Shown here piece by piece: positions 8,499 through 16,420 of a stretch of DNA of 32,000 nt. This stretch comes from Erysipelothrix larvae (GTDB taxonomy: Bacteria; Bacillota_I; Bacilli_A; Erysipelotrichales; Erysipelotrichaceae), in assembly GCF_001545095.1 (NCBI RefSeq), contig NZ_CP013213.1, positions 2,010,001 to 2,042,000 of the forward strand. The letters run 5' to 3'. The notes below the pieces were generated by a model. It searched no databases, had not been told where the DNA came from, and worked only from the letters and a program-made list of their open reading frames with translations. The position numbers and the translations under genes were made by a program. Numbering within the stretch: position 1 is the stretch's first letter; each line of letters starts with the position of its first letter.

Positions 8499-10625
8499 TT
8501 ATTTCAATATTTCTTGAAGTTTGGTTGATAAACCATCCAACGCATTGAGCTCATGGTGAACTTGAGCTTGCAGATTGTCCATCTCACCTTCTACTGCATT
8601 CTTGAGTATCTCAAGTTCTTCAGCATACTGACCTTGATCCCCTTTAGCTTGAAGGCTTTTAATGACATCATACAGATCAACATGACCTTGAAGTCTTCCA
8701 TATCCCCATAATAAGCGATCTTGTGGTTGGTTGATGGCATAATCTGTAAAGTATTCATAGGTTTCTTTACTCCAATCATACGCATACCAATTGTTGTCAA
8801 TGAGATAAAGTGAATTGTCTAGCGCTTCGGAAGCAACACCATTTTCAAGGGCTTGAATGGAATCCTTGAGTGCAATGAGATTGTTTTGTGAGTGTTCGTG
8901 TGGGAAAATCGATACATCTTCCCATGTGAGTCGTACAAAGTTATCTTCAACATACCTAAAGGTTTCAAGAACCTGATGATTGACATCGGCCGCTTCATTA
9001 AGAATTGACTGTGCTTCATCTTGCTTATCTTCATCCAACGCTTTCACGTAGGCATCATTGAGTGTTTTTACACGTTCCCAAGCTTGATTTGCAAAGGTTT
9101 CAAGGCTTTCAATTTTTGCAGACAAAGCATCATAAGCTGTGATGTTATCGTCCATAATAACTCCCCCTAAAACCGATTCATCCAAACGTTCTTTAAATGC
9201 TTCAAGTCGTGTGGAAAAGTCAAGCGGTGATATCGCAAGACGATCATAATGAATCATCAATTGCCCATACATATGATAATGATGTCTTAATGCAGCTTCG
9301 CTGTACGTCGTTTTATCATCCATGGGTGAGTGATAGGTGGATGCCGCAAATCCGCCACGTAAAGCGGTGACTGATGATGGGATACCTGCAATGGAGAATG
9401 AAAAATCATCCGACCATGTTTGGATTGGGTTAATGATTTCAACGCCCCCTTCAAAAACCCCTTCACTCGATTGAATTGATGGAATAAAGGTTTCAAGATA
9501 AGAGGTCAACTCATACGATGCACGGATTTGATCCACATCGCCTTCAACCATTGCCGGGAGTTCAAAGTTAATGTTCGCAATTACCTTTCCAACCCACTCT
9601 GGATGCACTTCAAAGATTTGTTTGTATGCCCCTGTTGACCAGTCATAACGGGTATTGGATACACCCCATTCTTCTGCTGCTGTTGCAATAAAAACCAGGG
9701 TCTTTTCAGGTGTGTACCCAGAATCAACCAAGGATTTCGCAATCCCCAGCATTAATGACACCGCAACACTGTTATCTTGGAATCCTTCAAAATAAGCATC
9801 ATAGTGAGCACTCATTAAGACCATGGATTCGGGGTCTTTTCCAGGAATTGTTCCCACGATGTTGTAGGTCTTTTGATCACGCACGACCTCACTTTTCGCA
9901 TCCAGTTTAATGCTCATTTCATGGGATGCTTTTTGGTTGAGTGTTTCACGAATTGCATTCGCATCGTTTCGACTGATTGAGAACGCTGCAGCATCTTCGC
10001 TGCCACAAATATCCTGTGCATTTAACGCATCATCGCTGATTTCTGAATATCCACCATCTTGCGCAACAATGACACCCAACGCTCCGTTTAAGTACGCTTC
10101 ATAGGCAGGATAGTTCACCCACCAGTTTTCACGTTGGTTAATGTCGATTAACACCAGTTTCCCGTTAACATCCAAATCCTTGAGATCTTCTTGAGTCCCT
10201 TGACCACCATCAATCAAGGTATACTCAGACAACCCACTGGAATCAAAGTTGGTTTGGTACATCCCCAATTCAACTTCTTTTTGTGATCCATCAACGGTTG
10301 TGTACGTCAACTTTGCATACTCAAAGGTCCACGCATCGACAGTAATTTCATCTTTGGTAATATTTTGTAACCCAATTGCAGCCATTTCTTCTTTGATTGC
10401 TTCCCCTGCTTCATATTCAGCAGATGATCCTGCACTGCGATAACCTAAGGCTTCATTGGTTCGAAAGGTTCCCAACTTTAATGCAAAATCATACGCATAC
10501 TGAGTATCCACCTTTTCAATAAACTGAGCCTGTGCTTGGGCCAGTGTAACATGTTCACTTTTAGGTGAACACCCTGCCAGAATCAGTGCAAGAACACTGA
10601 TTAATAGTAGCTTCTTTAGTTTCAT
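8499..10625 (-). CDS. M28-family metallopeptidase lipoprotein with a PA domain and a long C-terminal helical extension
   Basis: The lipobox is LILAGCSPK. A PA-like insert is present (NGKLVLIDINQ...), as are M28 motifs (MSAHYDAY, ATAAEEWG). A GGAGGG ribosome-binding site precedes the ATG at 10625. Confidence 0.85.
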   Translation of the reverse strand: MKLKKLLLISVLALILAGCSPKSEHVTLAQAQAQFIEKVDTQYAYDFALKLGTFRTNEALGYRSAGSSAEYEAGEAIKEEMAAIGLQNITKDEITVDAWTFEYAKLTYTTVDGSQKEVELGMYQTNFDSSGLSEYTLIDGGQGTQEDLKDLDVNGKLVLIDINQRENWWVNYPAYEAYLNGALGVIVAQDGGYSEISDDALNAQDICGSEDAAAFSISRNDANAIRETLNQKASHEMSIKLDAKSEVVRDQKTYNIVGTIPGKDPESMVLMSAHYDAYFEGFQDNSVAVSLMLGIAKSLVDSGYTPEKTLVFIATAAEEWGVSNTRYDWSTGAYKQIFEVHPEWVGKVIANINFELPAMVEGDVDQIRASYELTSYLETFIPSIQSSEGVFEGGVEIINPIQTWSDDFSFSIAGIPSSVTALRGGFAASTYHSPMDDKTTYSEAALRHHYHMYGQLMIHYDRLAISPLDFSTRLEAFKERLDESVLGGVIMDDNITAYDALSAKIESLETFANQAWERVKTLNDAYVKALDEDKQDEAQSILNEAADVNHQVLETFRYVEDNFVRLTWEDVSIFPHEHSQNNLIALKDSIQALENGVASEALDNSLYLIDNNWYAYDWSKETYEYFTDYAINQPQDRLLWGYGRLQGHVDLYDVIKSLQAKGDQGQYAEELEILKNAVEGEMDNLQAQVHHELNALDGLSTKLQEILK

Positions 10626-10952
10626 ACTTCCCTCCTGTTTTAAACTAACGAGATTGATAATATCATGCCTGAAGGCCAACTGACAAGAGAAATTTGTTAA
10701 TTCATATCAATACTTTTGTTTACCATTACTAAACTCAATCATTTTAGAAAACCCGTCGATTCATTTCATTTATTCTGACTAAACAAATCCACGCATTCCC
10801 CCGTTACTTCACGCTGTTTTTGAGATGATTGCGTCATTACTTTAACCTGATTTGAGGGTTTCATTTAGTATACCTAATAAAACAAAAAATCCATGAAATG
10901 AAGTGGGAGGTGTGATTTTTTCACAGGTATTGGTGTTGATGTGTTATAACTT

Positions 10953-10983
10953 AAAAAAACACGCGTCTTCCCAGCACGTGTTT
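10953..10983 (-). terminator. Rho-independent terminator of the metallophosphoesterase gene
   Basis: The stem pairs AAACACG (10957-10963) with CGTGTTT (10977-10983). On the minus strand it is followed by T7. It lies 27 nt past the stop. Confidence 0.65.
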
Positions 10984-11009
10984 GTTTGATTTCGATTGTG
11001 CCCTTAAAC

Positions 11010-12272
11010 CTACCGTATTGGCGCTAGGATCAGGGTGTTTTCATCTTGGAGTTCTTGGTTCAACATGGATTCGATATAAGTTCCAAAGGCATTGTATTTT
11101 AATTGTGTCCATCGGGTGTAGCTTTCACTAGCTTTAAACAAATCAGAAAACGCATATAAATCCCCTCTAAAATAGTGTTCATTGACACTGACCACAAACT
11201 CAAGCATGGCGTCTTTTGTTTCTTTGTCAAAGTCATAGCCTTCTAAGGCTTCATACCCTTTCCAATAAGAGATTGTGTTAAAGAAATCCGTTGAATCTTC
11301 GGGTATGTCAAGTGTCAAAGGGATTGTTTGATAGTCCAACGATGTATCTTTATGGATGGTTAGGATGCCATAGCGATGGTCCAATACCGAAAGAGAACTG
11401 GAGGCGACATCATAAAAGCCGGATTGAGTCGCAATGTCTTGGATGTGTAAATGCCCTGAAAATCCAAGACGTACACCATAAGTCTCAAACAGATTCAACA
11501 AGCTCTCGTTGTTTTCGATGGTGAATCCGTTTGAAAAGCGTTGCGTATGCATAACCATGTTTTGATGACTGATTACAATTACTTGACTGTTGGCCTGTTG
11601 GGCTTCTATTAACTGTGTTTCAATCCATGTCAGGGTCTTATCTGAAATCACATTCTCTTTTTCATTGCCATTTACATCAATAAATAGCAGTTGCACTGAA
11701 TCATTAAGAATCACACGATAGCTCAATGAGGTTTGATCCATTGAGGCATAGTTACTGTATCCATAATCTTTGTATAGGTTCAGAAACTCATTGATGCTTG
11801 TATTATCCGCGCGTTGATATGCTGTGCCTTCATCATGATAGTCAAAAGCAGCGTATTGTGAGAAATCATGGTTGCCTGGAATTACAAAAACACTGATGCC
11901 CGCATCTTTTACCCGTTTTAGTTTTTGAGCCAGTGCTTCATGACTGAGTCGTTCTCCATTAAAGGTTAAGTCACCCGACAAAATGAGCACTTCGGGGTTT
12001 GTTTCGATTACCTCATTGATAAAACTGTCCACAATTTCCTCAGCGTAATGAACCATCTTACCATCTGAATATCGGATCATTTTCATGAAGGTTTCATTGT
12101 CTTGTGAATAAAGCTGTGGTGTTAGGTAGTGAAGATCAGAAGCAATCATGATACGCACCTCATCAGCATCACTTAGAATTGGGTTTGTGGACACGAGGTC
12201 TTCTCTTACAGTCTGGGTACAACCACTTAGGAGTATTAACATTAAAACAAGCCATCGCTTTATCATTTTCAT
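11010..12272 (-). CDS. Calcineurin-like metallophosphoesterase lipoprotein
   Basis: The lipobox is LILLSGCTQ. Phosphoesterase motifs are present: IASDLHY, GDLTFNG, GNHD, SGHLH. The ATG at 12272 is preferred; a GTG at 12275 and an ATG at 12266 are also possible. Confidence 0.88.
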   Translation of the reverse strand: MKMIKRWLVLMLILLSGCTQTVREDLVSTNPILSDADEVRIMIASDLHYLTPQLYSQDNETFMKMIRYSDGKMVHYAEEIVDSFINEVIETNPEVLILSGDLTFNGERLSHEALAQKLKRVKDAGISVFVIPGNHDFSQYAAFDYHDEGTAYQRADNTSINEFLNLYKDYGYSNYASMDQTSLSYRVILNDSVQLLFIDVNGNEKENVISDKTLTWIETQLIEAQQANSQVIVISHQNMVMHTQRFSNGFTIENNESLLNLFETYGVRLGFSGHLHIQDIATQSGFYDVASSSLSVLDHRYGILTIHKDTSLDYQTIPLTLDIPEDSTDFFNTISYWKGYEALEGYDFDKETKDAMLEFVVSVNEHYFRGDLYAFSDLFKASESYTRWTQLKYNAFGTYIESMLNQELQDENTLILAPIR

Positions 12273-12320
12273 CACTCACAATCTTTAGGATTATTATACT
12301 TGATTTATTGGGCAATGCAT

Positions 12321-12370
12321 AAAAAAAGAATTCATTATAAAAAGCCCTTTGTCTTTATACATGAATTCTT
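12321..12370 (-). terminator. Rho-independent terminator of the zinc-ribbon gene
   Basis: A perfect 10-bp inverted repeat pairs AAGAATTCAT (12326-12335) with ATGAATTCTT (12361-12370). A T-run follows on the minus strand (A-run 12321-12327 on plus). Confidence 0.7.
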
Positions 12371-12395
12371 AAGGGTTGGTTATGGTTTCAACCCA

Positions 12396-12584
12396 TCACA
12401 ACAAGCGTTTGGCATTTTTAACATAGGAACGTTTTACAGTACCACAATCAACACAAATCATATGATACAACGTCTCTTTTCTAGAATTTAATCGGTTAAT
12501 GGAATGAACTACCGCTTCGTTGCCATGTTTTGTCTCTACAAAACTGTTTCCACCACAATGCTTACACACATCCTTCTTGTCCAT
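12396..12584 (-). CDS. Small zinc-ribbon protein (two CxxC pairs), function unknown
   Basis: The 62-aa protein has CKHCGG and CVDCG motifs. A GGGGG ribosome-binding site lies 6 nt upstream of the ATG, and the gene has its own terminator. Confidence 0.7.
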   Translation of the reverse strand: MDKKDVCKHCGGNSFVETKHGNEAVVHSINRLNSRKETLYHMICVDCGTVKRSYVKNAKRLL

Positions 12585-12623
12585 ATTAAACCCCCTATCT
12601 TTTTTTATTTTTAAGCCTTATGT

Positions 12624-12668
12624 AAAAAACCATCTACTTGCCACTTAACGTGCTGCATCCGTAATGGT
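12624..12668 (-). terminator. Intrinsic terminator-like hairpin in the leader of the zinc-ribbon gene (possible attenuator)
   Basis: On the minus strand, ACCATTAC (12668-12661) pairs with GTAGATGGT (12637-12629). An inner TGC..CAC/GTG..GCA helix is present, followed by a T-run (12628-12624). Confidence 0.6.
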
Positions 12669-12694
12669 GATGTTTCACGTTCATTATTTCCCGG

Positions 12695-12723
12695 ATAATA
12701 TTTTAGGGTTGTCCTTTTGTTAA
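12695..12723 (-). promoter_or_regulatory. Sigma-A-type promoter candidate (TTAACA-17-TATTAT)
   Basis: On the minus strand the -35 is TTAACA (12723-12718), the spacer is 17 nt and the -10 is TATTAT (12700-12695). Confidence 0.5.
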
Positions 12724-12835
12724 GGTTCCTTTATACCTGAGCGTGATGTTGCCTCTTTTTCAATACTATCGTACCATTCTCACACTGCTTTCGCAAGCGT
12801 GCTCATGGTATTAAGAACATCGAAAACACAGCGCG

Positions 12836-13975
12836 TCATTGACAATATCCACCCCCTTCAAAGCCCAGATATTCCTCAAGGGTGAGTCCTGAATTTTTAA
12901 TATCTTCTGCAAGATCCCCAACATAACGTAAATGCCAGGGTTCATAGATGTAGCCTGTAATTGACTCGGTTTCTTCCAAGTAGCGTAAAACGAATCCATA
13001 GGTATGGGCATGTTCTTTGATCCACGCTGCTTCGTGTTCTTTCTCAACAAGATTCCCATTTTTGTGTTTAAGGTCAAAAGCTAGACCTGTTTGGTGTTCT
13101 GAATATCCAGGACGCGCTGAATAGCGCTCAGCTTCCTCTTTTCCATCACTTGAAACATAACTGTTATAGATTTTTTGTTGGGTATCAAAGCTTCGATAGC
13201 CACTGTATCCTGTACTGATATCAAATCCTAAATCGCGCATATCTTGAATAAGTCTTCGAATGTTATCCCCAGCTTCCGCATTTTCTTGAGGTGCATACGA
13301 CTGTGGGAGTGGGTGTTTCTTATTTGCGATGATAACGCCTTGTATGATGGTAGGTTGGGTTACAGTATCCGGGGTTACACTGCACGTTGCATGCGTTGGG
13401 TTTTCTGCCTTTGTGATTACCTTCTGTTTAATTTTGAGTGTGAATGGCGTTTGACTTTGATTCTTTGATGTATCCGTTGCACTCAAGGTTCCATAATATT
13501 CACCCGGTGTATCATAATCGATGAAATCAAACATTACCTCAAGTGTGACTGGTGAGAGATCTTCAACGCTGAAGCTTTCTATATAGTTGAAATCAGAATC
13601 GATTTCCCCTATAACAAATTCAAATACATCGCGTTTCTTGGTGAACACAGGGGCTGTGGTATCGTTGACTTCAAGCTTAAGTTCCCCTTTTTTTTCTCCA
13701 AATCCGTATTTATATGTAAAGGGTAGGATGTAGTGACCCACTTCAGGATAATCGTGCGCTTTCATAACAAGTGATGTGGTATCCACTTTAATGGATTGGA
13801 TCACCCGTTGGTCGTCTGTATTCAGTAATTGGGCAACATCAACATTAAAGGGATGTCCATATTCTATCGTAAGTGTTGGTGTACGTATTTCAAGTGCTTG
13901 ATTTTGAGCACAACAAAAAACACCCACCACGATACTAAAGCATGCGACTAAACCCCATACATAACGCTTTTTCAT
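12836..13975 (-). CDS. M15B (VanY-type) D-alanyl-D-alanine carboxypeptidase with N-terminal Ig-like domains
   Basis: The C-terminal VanY motifs are SEHQTGLAFD and EPWHLRYVG. An N-terminal membrane anchor is present (MKKRYVWGLVACFSIVVGVFCC). A GGGGGG ribosome-binding site lies 5 nt upstream of the ATG at 13975. Confidence 0.88.
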   Translation of the reverse strand: MKKRYVWGLVACFSIVVGVFCCAQNQALEIRTPTLTIEYGHPFNVDVAQLLNTDDQRVIQSIKVDTTSLVMKAHDYPEVGHYILPFTYKYGFGEKKGELKLEVNDTTAPVFTKKRDVFEFVIGEIDSDFNYIESFSVEDLSPVTLEVMFDFIDYDTPGEYYGTLSATDTSKNQSQTPFTLKIKQKVITKAENPTHATCSVTPDTVTQPTIIQGVIIANKKHPLPQSYAPQENAEAGDNIRRLIQDMRDLGFDISTGYSGYRSFDTQQKIYNSYVSSDGKEEAERYSARPGYSEHQTGLAFDLKHKNGNLVEKEHEAAWIKEHAHTYGFVLRYLEETESITGYIYEPWHLRYVGDLAEDIKNSGLTLEEYLGFEGGGYCQ

Positions 13976-14133
13976 AAGACCCCCCTTAAAGATTGTGTTT
14001 ATAATCTTTTTAAAGTTTATGAACGGCTTATCCTCACTTATAGTGTACATCCTTGGACATACCTTTGACAACTCATAATAGTCTTATAAGTCATCGCTCA
14101 CGCACAGTATCCCTTTTGGTTGTGGTATGGGTA

Positions 14134-14160
14134 TAAAAAAAGTCTGCATCATACAGACCT
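14134..14160 (-). terminator. Rho-independent terminator of the small membrane-protein gene
   Basis: The stem pairs GTCTG (14142-14146) with CAGAC (14154-14158). T7 follows on the minus strand (A-run 14134-14140). Confidence 0.65.
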
Positions 14161-14206
14161 TAGTTCAAGGATTTACATCAACAGGTGAATGCCTTAAATT
14201 CGCACA

Positions 14207-14485
14207 TTACTTATATCCGATATAAAAAATAGTTGCATGGTTTGATGGTTCGCCAGCACTTTCAAAATCACCCCATAATAAGAGCATTGTTGCATAACCA
14301 CCGGGTACATATTTTATTTTGGTGCCAAGTCCTATATAGGTATATTCTGATACTTTTATCGAAAAAATCGGTGCTTTTCCTTTGTGTATTCTGTTTGAAT
14401 CAACACTAAACATCCCGATTCCTAAAACGATCAAAAGACACAGTGTGATAAACACCCGTTTTTTTGATTTGAATTGTGTCATCAT
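14207..14485 (-). CDS. Small membrane-anchored hypothetical protein
   Basis: An N-terminal transmembrane helix is present (VFITLCLLIVLGIGMF). An AGGAGGA ribosome-binding site lies immediately upstream of tandem ATGs at 14485 and 14482. I recognised no family. Confidence 0.6.
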   Translation of the reverse strand: MMTQFKSKKRVFITLCLLIVLGIGMFSVDSNRIHKGKAPIFSIKVSEYTYIGLGTKIKYVPGGYATMLLLWGDFESAGEPSNHATIFYIGYK

Positions 14486-14677
14486 GTCCTCCTGTATTCG
14501 CATTGAATGGTGTATTCTTTGTCATGATTATATCATAATATAGCCTGATATACCTCATCCAGTTAAGCGGTGTCGCAAGATCGTGAAAAAAATGTCTTAT
14601 AAAGCGTTTTAAGACACTGAAAGAGCATTCATTGAACCTTCATCGTGATATGATAAAGTAAAGGATGGTGAATCGTT

Positions 14678-16240
14678 ATGAAAGCATTAAGAACTACCAT
14701 CGAAACAGCATTTTATAGCAATCATGTTGTTTCGATTTCGAGTTTACATGAAGCATATGATCTTGCTTCTTTAGCACCTCAATCAATTGTGAGTGATATG
14801 TTGGTGACAAATCCGACTGCCTTTGGTCTTCCTGAAGGTGCGAAAGTAATTGTAACCAATGATGGCAAGATAGTGGGGCGTACTGCCAAGGCCCGTCATA
14901 TTGTGGGAAAAGATACCCTTGATTATTGTGGCATAATGCGGGATGTGATTGCACATAATCATAAACATCGATTTTATGCATCACGCATTAAAGTTGGATT
15001 GGATGAAGCGTTTGAAGTAAAAGCGCATGTCATGGTTCATGAAGATGATGTTGTGAACTTATATAATACCTTATTGAATTTTGAAAAGGACTTTGAACCA
15101 GTGGACGATTCAAATGATGAATCCATTTTTCTTTATGTCGACTCAACATGGCGTAATGACTTGTTTCCTCAAGGTCTTGTGATTTTGGACCCCTTTGACA
15201 ATGTAGGTGCAATTCTTGGGTTGAATTATTTTGGCGAAATTAAAAAAGGGATTCTTTCATTAGCATGGAATTTGTCTAAATCGAAAGGATTCATCCCCTG
15301 TCATGGGGGCCTTAAGCGCATAAAAGGCGATCCGAGTTATACCATGGCTGTCTTTGGATTATCTGGCTCGGGAAAATCAACCATTACCCTAAGTGATCAC
15401 AATCAGAAGTTTGAAACTGAGATCTTGCATGATGATGCTTTTGTATTATCCCATGATGGCACGCAATCAATTGCCCTTGAGCCCTCATATTTTGATAAGA
15501 CCGCGGATTATCCGCTTACCCATCCTCAGCTTAAGTACTTTTTAACCTTACAAAATGTGGGCGTTACTTTAAAACATGGAAAACGGGTGTTTGTGACTGA
15601 GGACATACGCAATGGCAATGGGCGTACGATAAAGTCAAAATTTTGTACTCCCAATCGTGTGAATGTCTTTAATCATAAAATCAATGCAGTGTTTTGGATT
15701 ATGAAAGATGAATCGTTTCCACCTCTCATTCGAATTGATAATCCCCGCCTTGGGGCCATCATGGGGGCCACCATGACCACCCAACGCTCTAATGCAGAAA
15801 ATACAGAGGATGTGAATGTTCGTGTCATTGAACCCTTCGCGAATCCATTTAGACTGTATCCATTGAGTGAAGATTATGAGGACTTCAAAAACCTCTTTGA
15901 ATGTGATGATATTGCGTGTTATATCTTGAATACAGGGAGTTTTTCGGGGAAGAAAGTTACACCCCAGTGTACCCTTTCAGCCATTGAATCCATCGTAAAT
16001 AACAGTGCAGAGTTTGAATCATTGTGTGGGATACCGGGAATGAGCGTCATGAAACTTCGTGAATTTGATCAATTAATTCACAAAGACTCCACTATAAGTA
16101 ATCTTTATGACACATTTAAATTTCGAGAAAATCTTCTCAATACATGGACAGATGCTTATCAAATATTACCGGATGAAGTTCATGAAACGATCCAAGAAAT
16201 ACTTCATTATTTAGACGATTCAATGAAACAACTTGGTTAA
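14678..16240 (+). CDS. pckA: Phosphoenolpyruvate carboxykinase (ATP)-family protein, divergent
   Basis: The kinase-1a loop is FGLSGSGKST. Other PEPCK-family equivalents are YFGEIKKG, ILHDDAF and NTGSFSGKK. An AAGGATGGTGA ribosome-binding site precedes the start. Confidence 0.8.
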   Translation: MKALRTTIETAFYSNHVVSISSLHEAYDLASLAPQSIVSDMLVTNPTAFGLPEGAKVIVTNDGKIVGRTAKARHIVGKDTLDYCGIMRDVIAHNHKHRFYASRIKVGLDEAFEVKAHVMVHEDDVVNLYNTLLNFEKDFEPVDDSNDESIFLYVDSTWRNDLFPQGLVILDPFDNVGAILGLNYFGEIKKGILSLAWNLSKSKGFIPCHGGLKRIKGDPSYTMAVFGLSGSGKSTITLSDHNQKFETEILHDDAFVLSHDGTQSIALEPSYFDKTADYPLTHPQLKYFLTLQNVGVTLKHGKRVFVTEDIRNGNGRTIKSKFCTPNRVNVFNHKINAVFWIMKDESFPPLIRIDNPRLGAIMGATMTTQRSNAENTEDVNVRVIEPFANPFRLYPLSEDYEDFKNLFECDDIACYILNTGSFSGKKVTPQCTLSAIESIVNNSAEFESLCGIPGMSVMKLREFDQLIHKDSTISNLYDTFKFRENLLNTWTDAYQILPDEVHETIQEILHYLDDSMKQLG

Positions 16241-16257
16241 ACGAGTTGTTTTTTTTA
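16227..16257 (+). terminator. Rho-independent terminator of pckA
   Basis: The stem pairs AACAACT (16227-16233) with AGTTGTT (16244-16250), and T9 follows. The stop codon lies in the loop. Confidence 0.8.
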
Positions 16258-16352
16258 TGCTTCAACTTCGAATATAGATTTTATTTATAACAAAGTGTAT
16301 TTTGAGTGTTTATGGTGTTTTTATTGTGTTCTATTAACGCCAAATCCATTGT

Positions 16353-16367
16353 GGTAACCGCTTGCAT
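16353..16367. promoter_or_regulatory. cre (CcpA catabolite-responsive element) candidate upstream of the citrate transporter
   Basis: The reverse complement ATGCAAGCGGTTACC matches WTGNAANCGNWNNCW at 14 of 15 positions, including every fixed position except the last W. It lies 54 nt upstream of the citM ATG. Confidence 0.6.
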
Positions 16368-16420
16368 ACTTTATTGTAAAAGTGTAATTGCTATAAGCAT
16401 TCATAAGGGAGGAAGAATAA

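Noticed and set aside
10700-10950. An ORF-free stretch of about 250 bp upstream of the M28 peptidase gene. I examined it for a riboswitch, a small RNA or a small ORF, such as the 32-codon MKPSNQVKVMTQ... ORF on the minus strand and a 16-25 codon ORF after GGGAGGTG on the plus strand.
   Set aside because: I found no recognisable riboswitch core. The candidate hairpins are short and AT-rich. The small ORFs lack properly spaced ribosome-binding sites. Only a plausible promoter (TTGTCA-18-TATTAT) near 10640-10680 could be supported.
12811-13077. An 88-aa minus-strand ORF overlapping the 3' end of the VanY-type gene.
   Set aside because: It uses an alternative frame of the region that encodes the conserved EPWHLRYVG catalytic motif, so it is a shadow ORF.
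14594-14615. A cre-like sequence (ATAAAGCGTTTTAAG) inside the inverted repeat GTCTTA-N10-TAAGAC upstream of pckA.
   Set aside because: It mismatches the cre consensus at three fixed positions (the TG and the distal C). The 6-bp AT-rich inverted repeat is too weak by itself to call an operator. An ACACTG near-match to the ACACTT box at 14614-14619 is a single occurrence.
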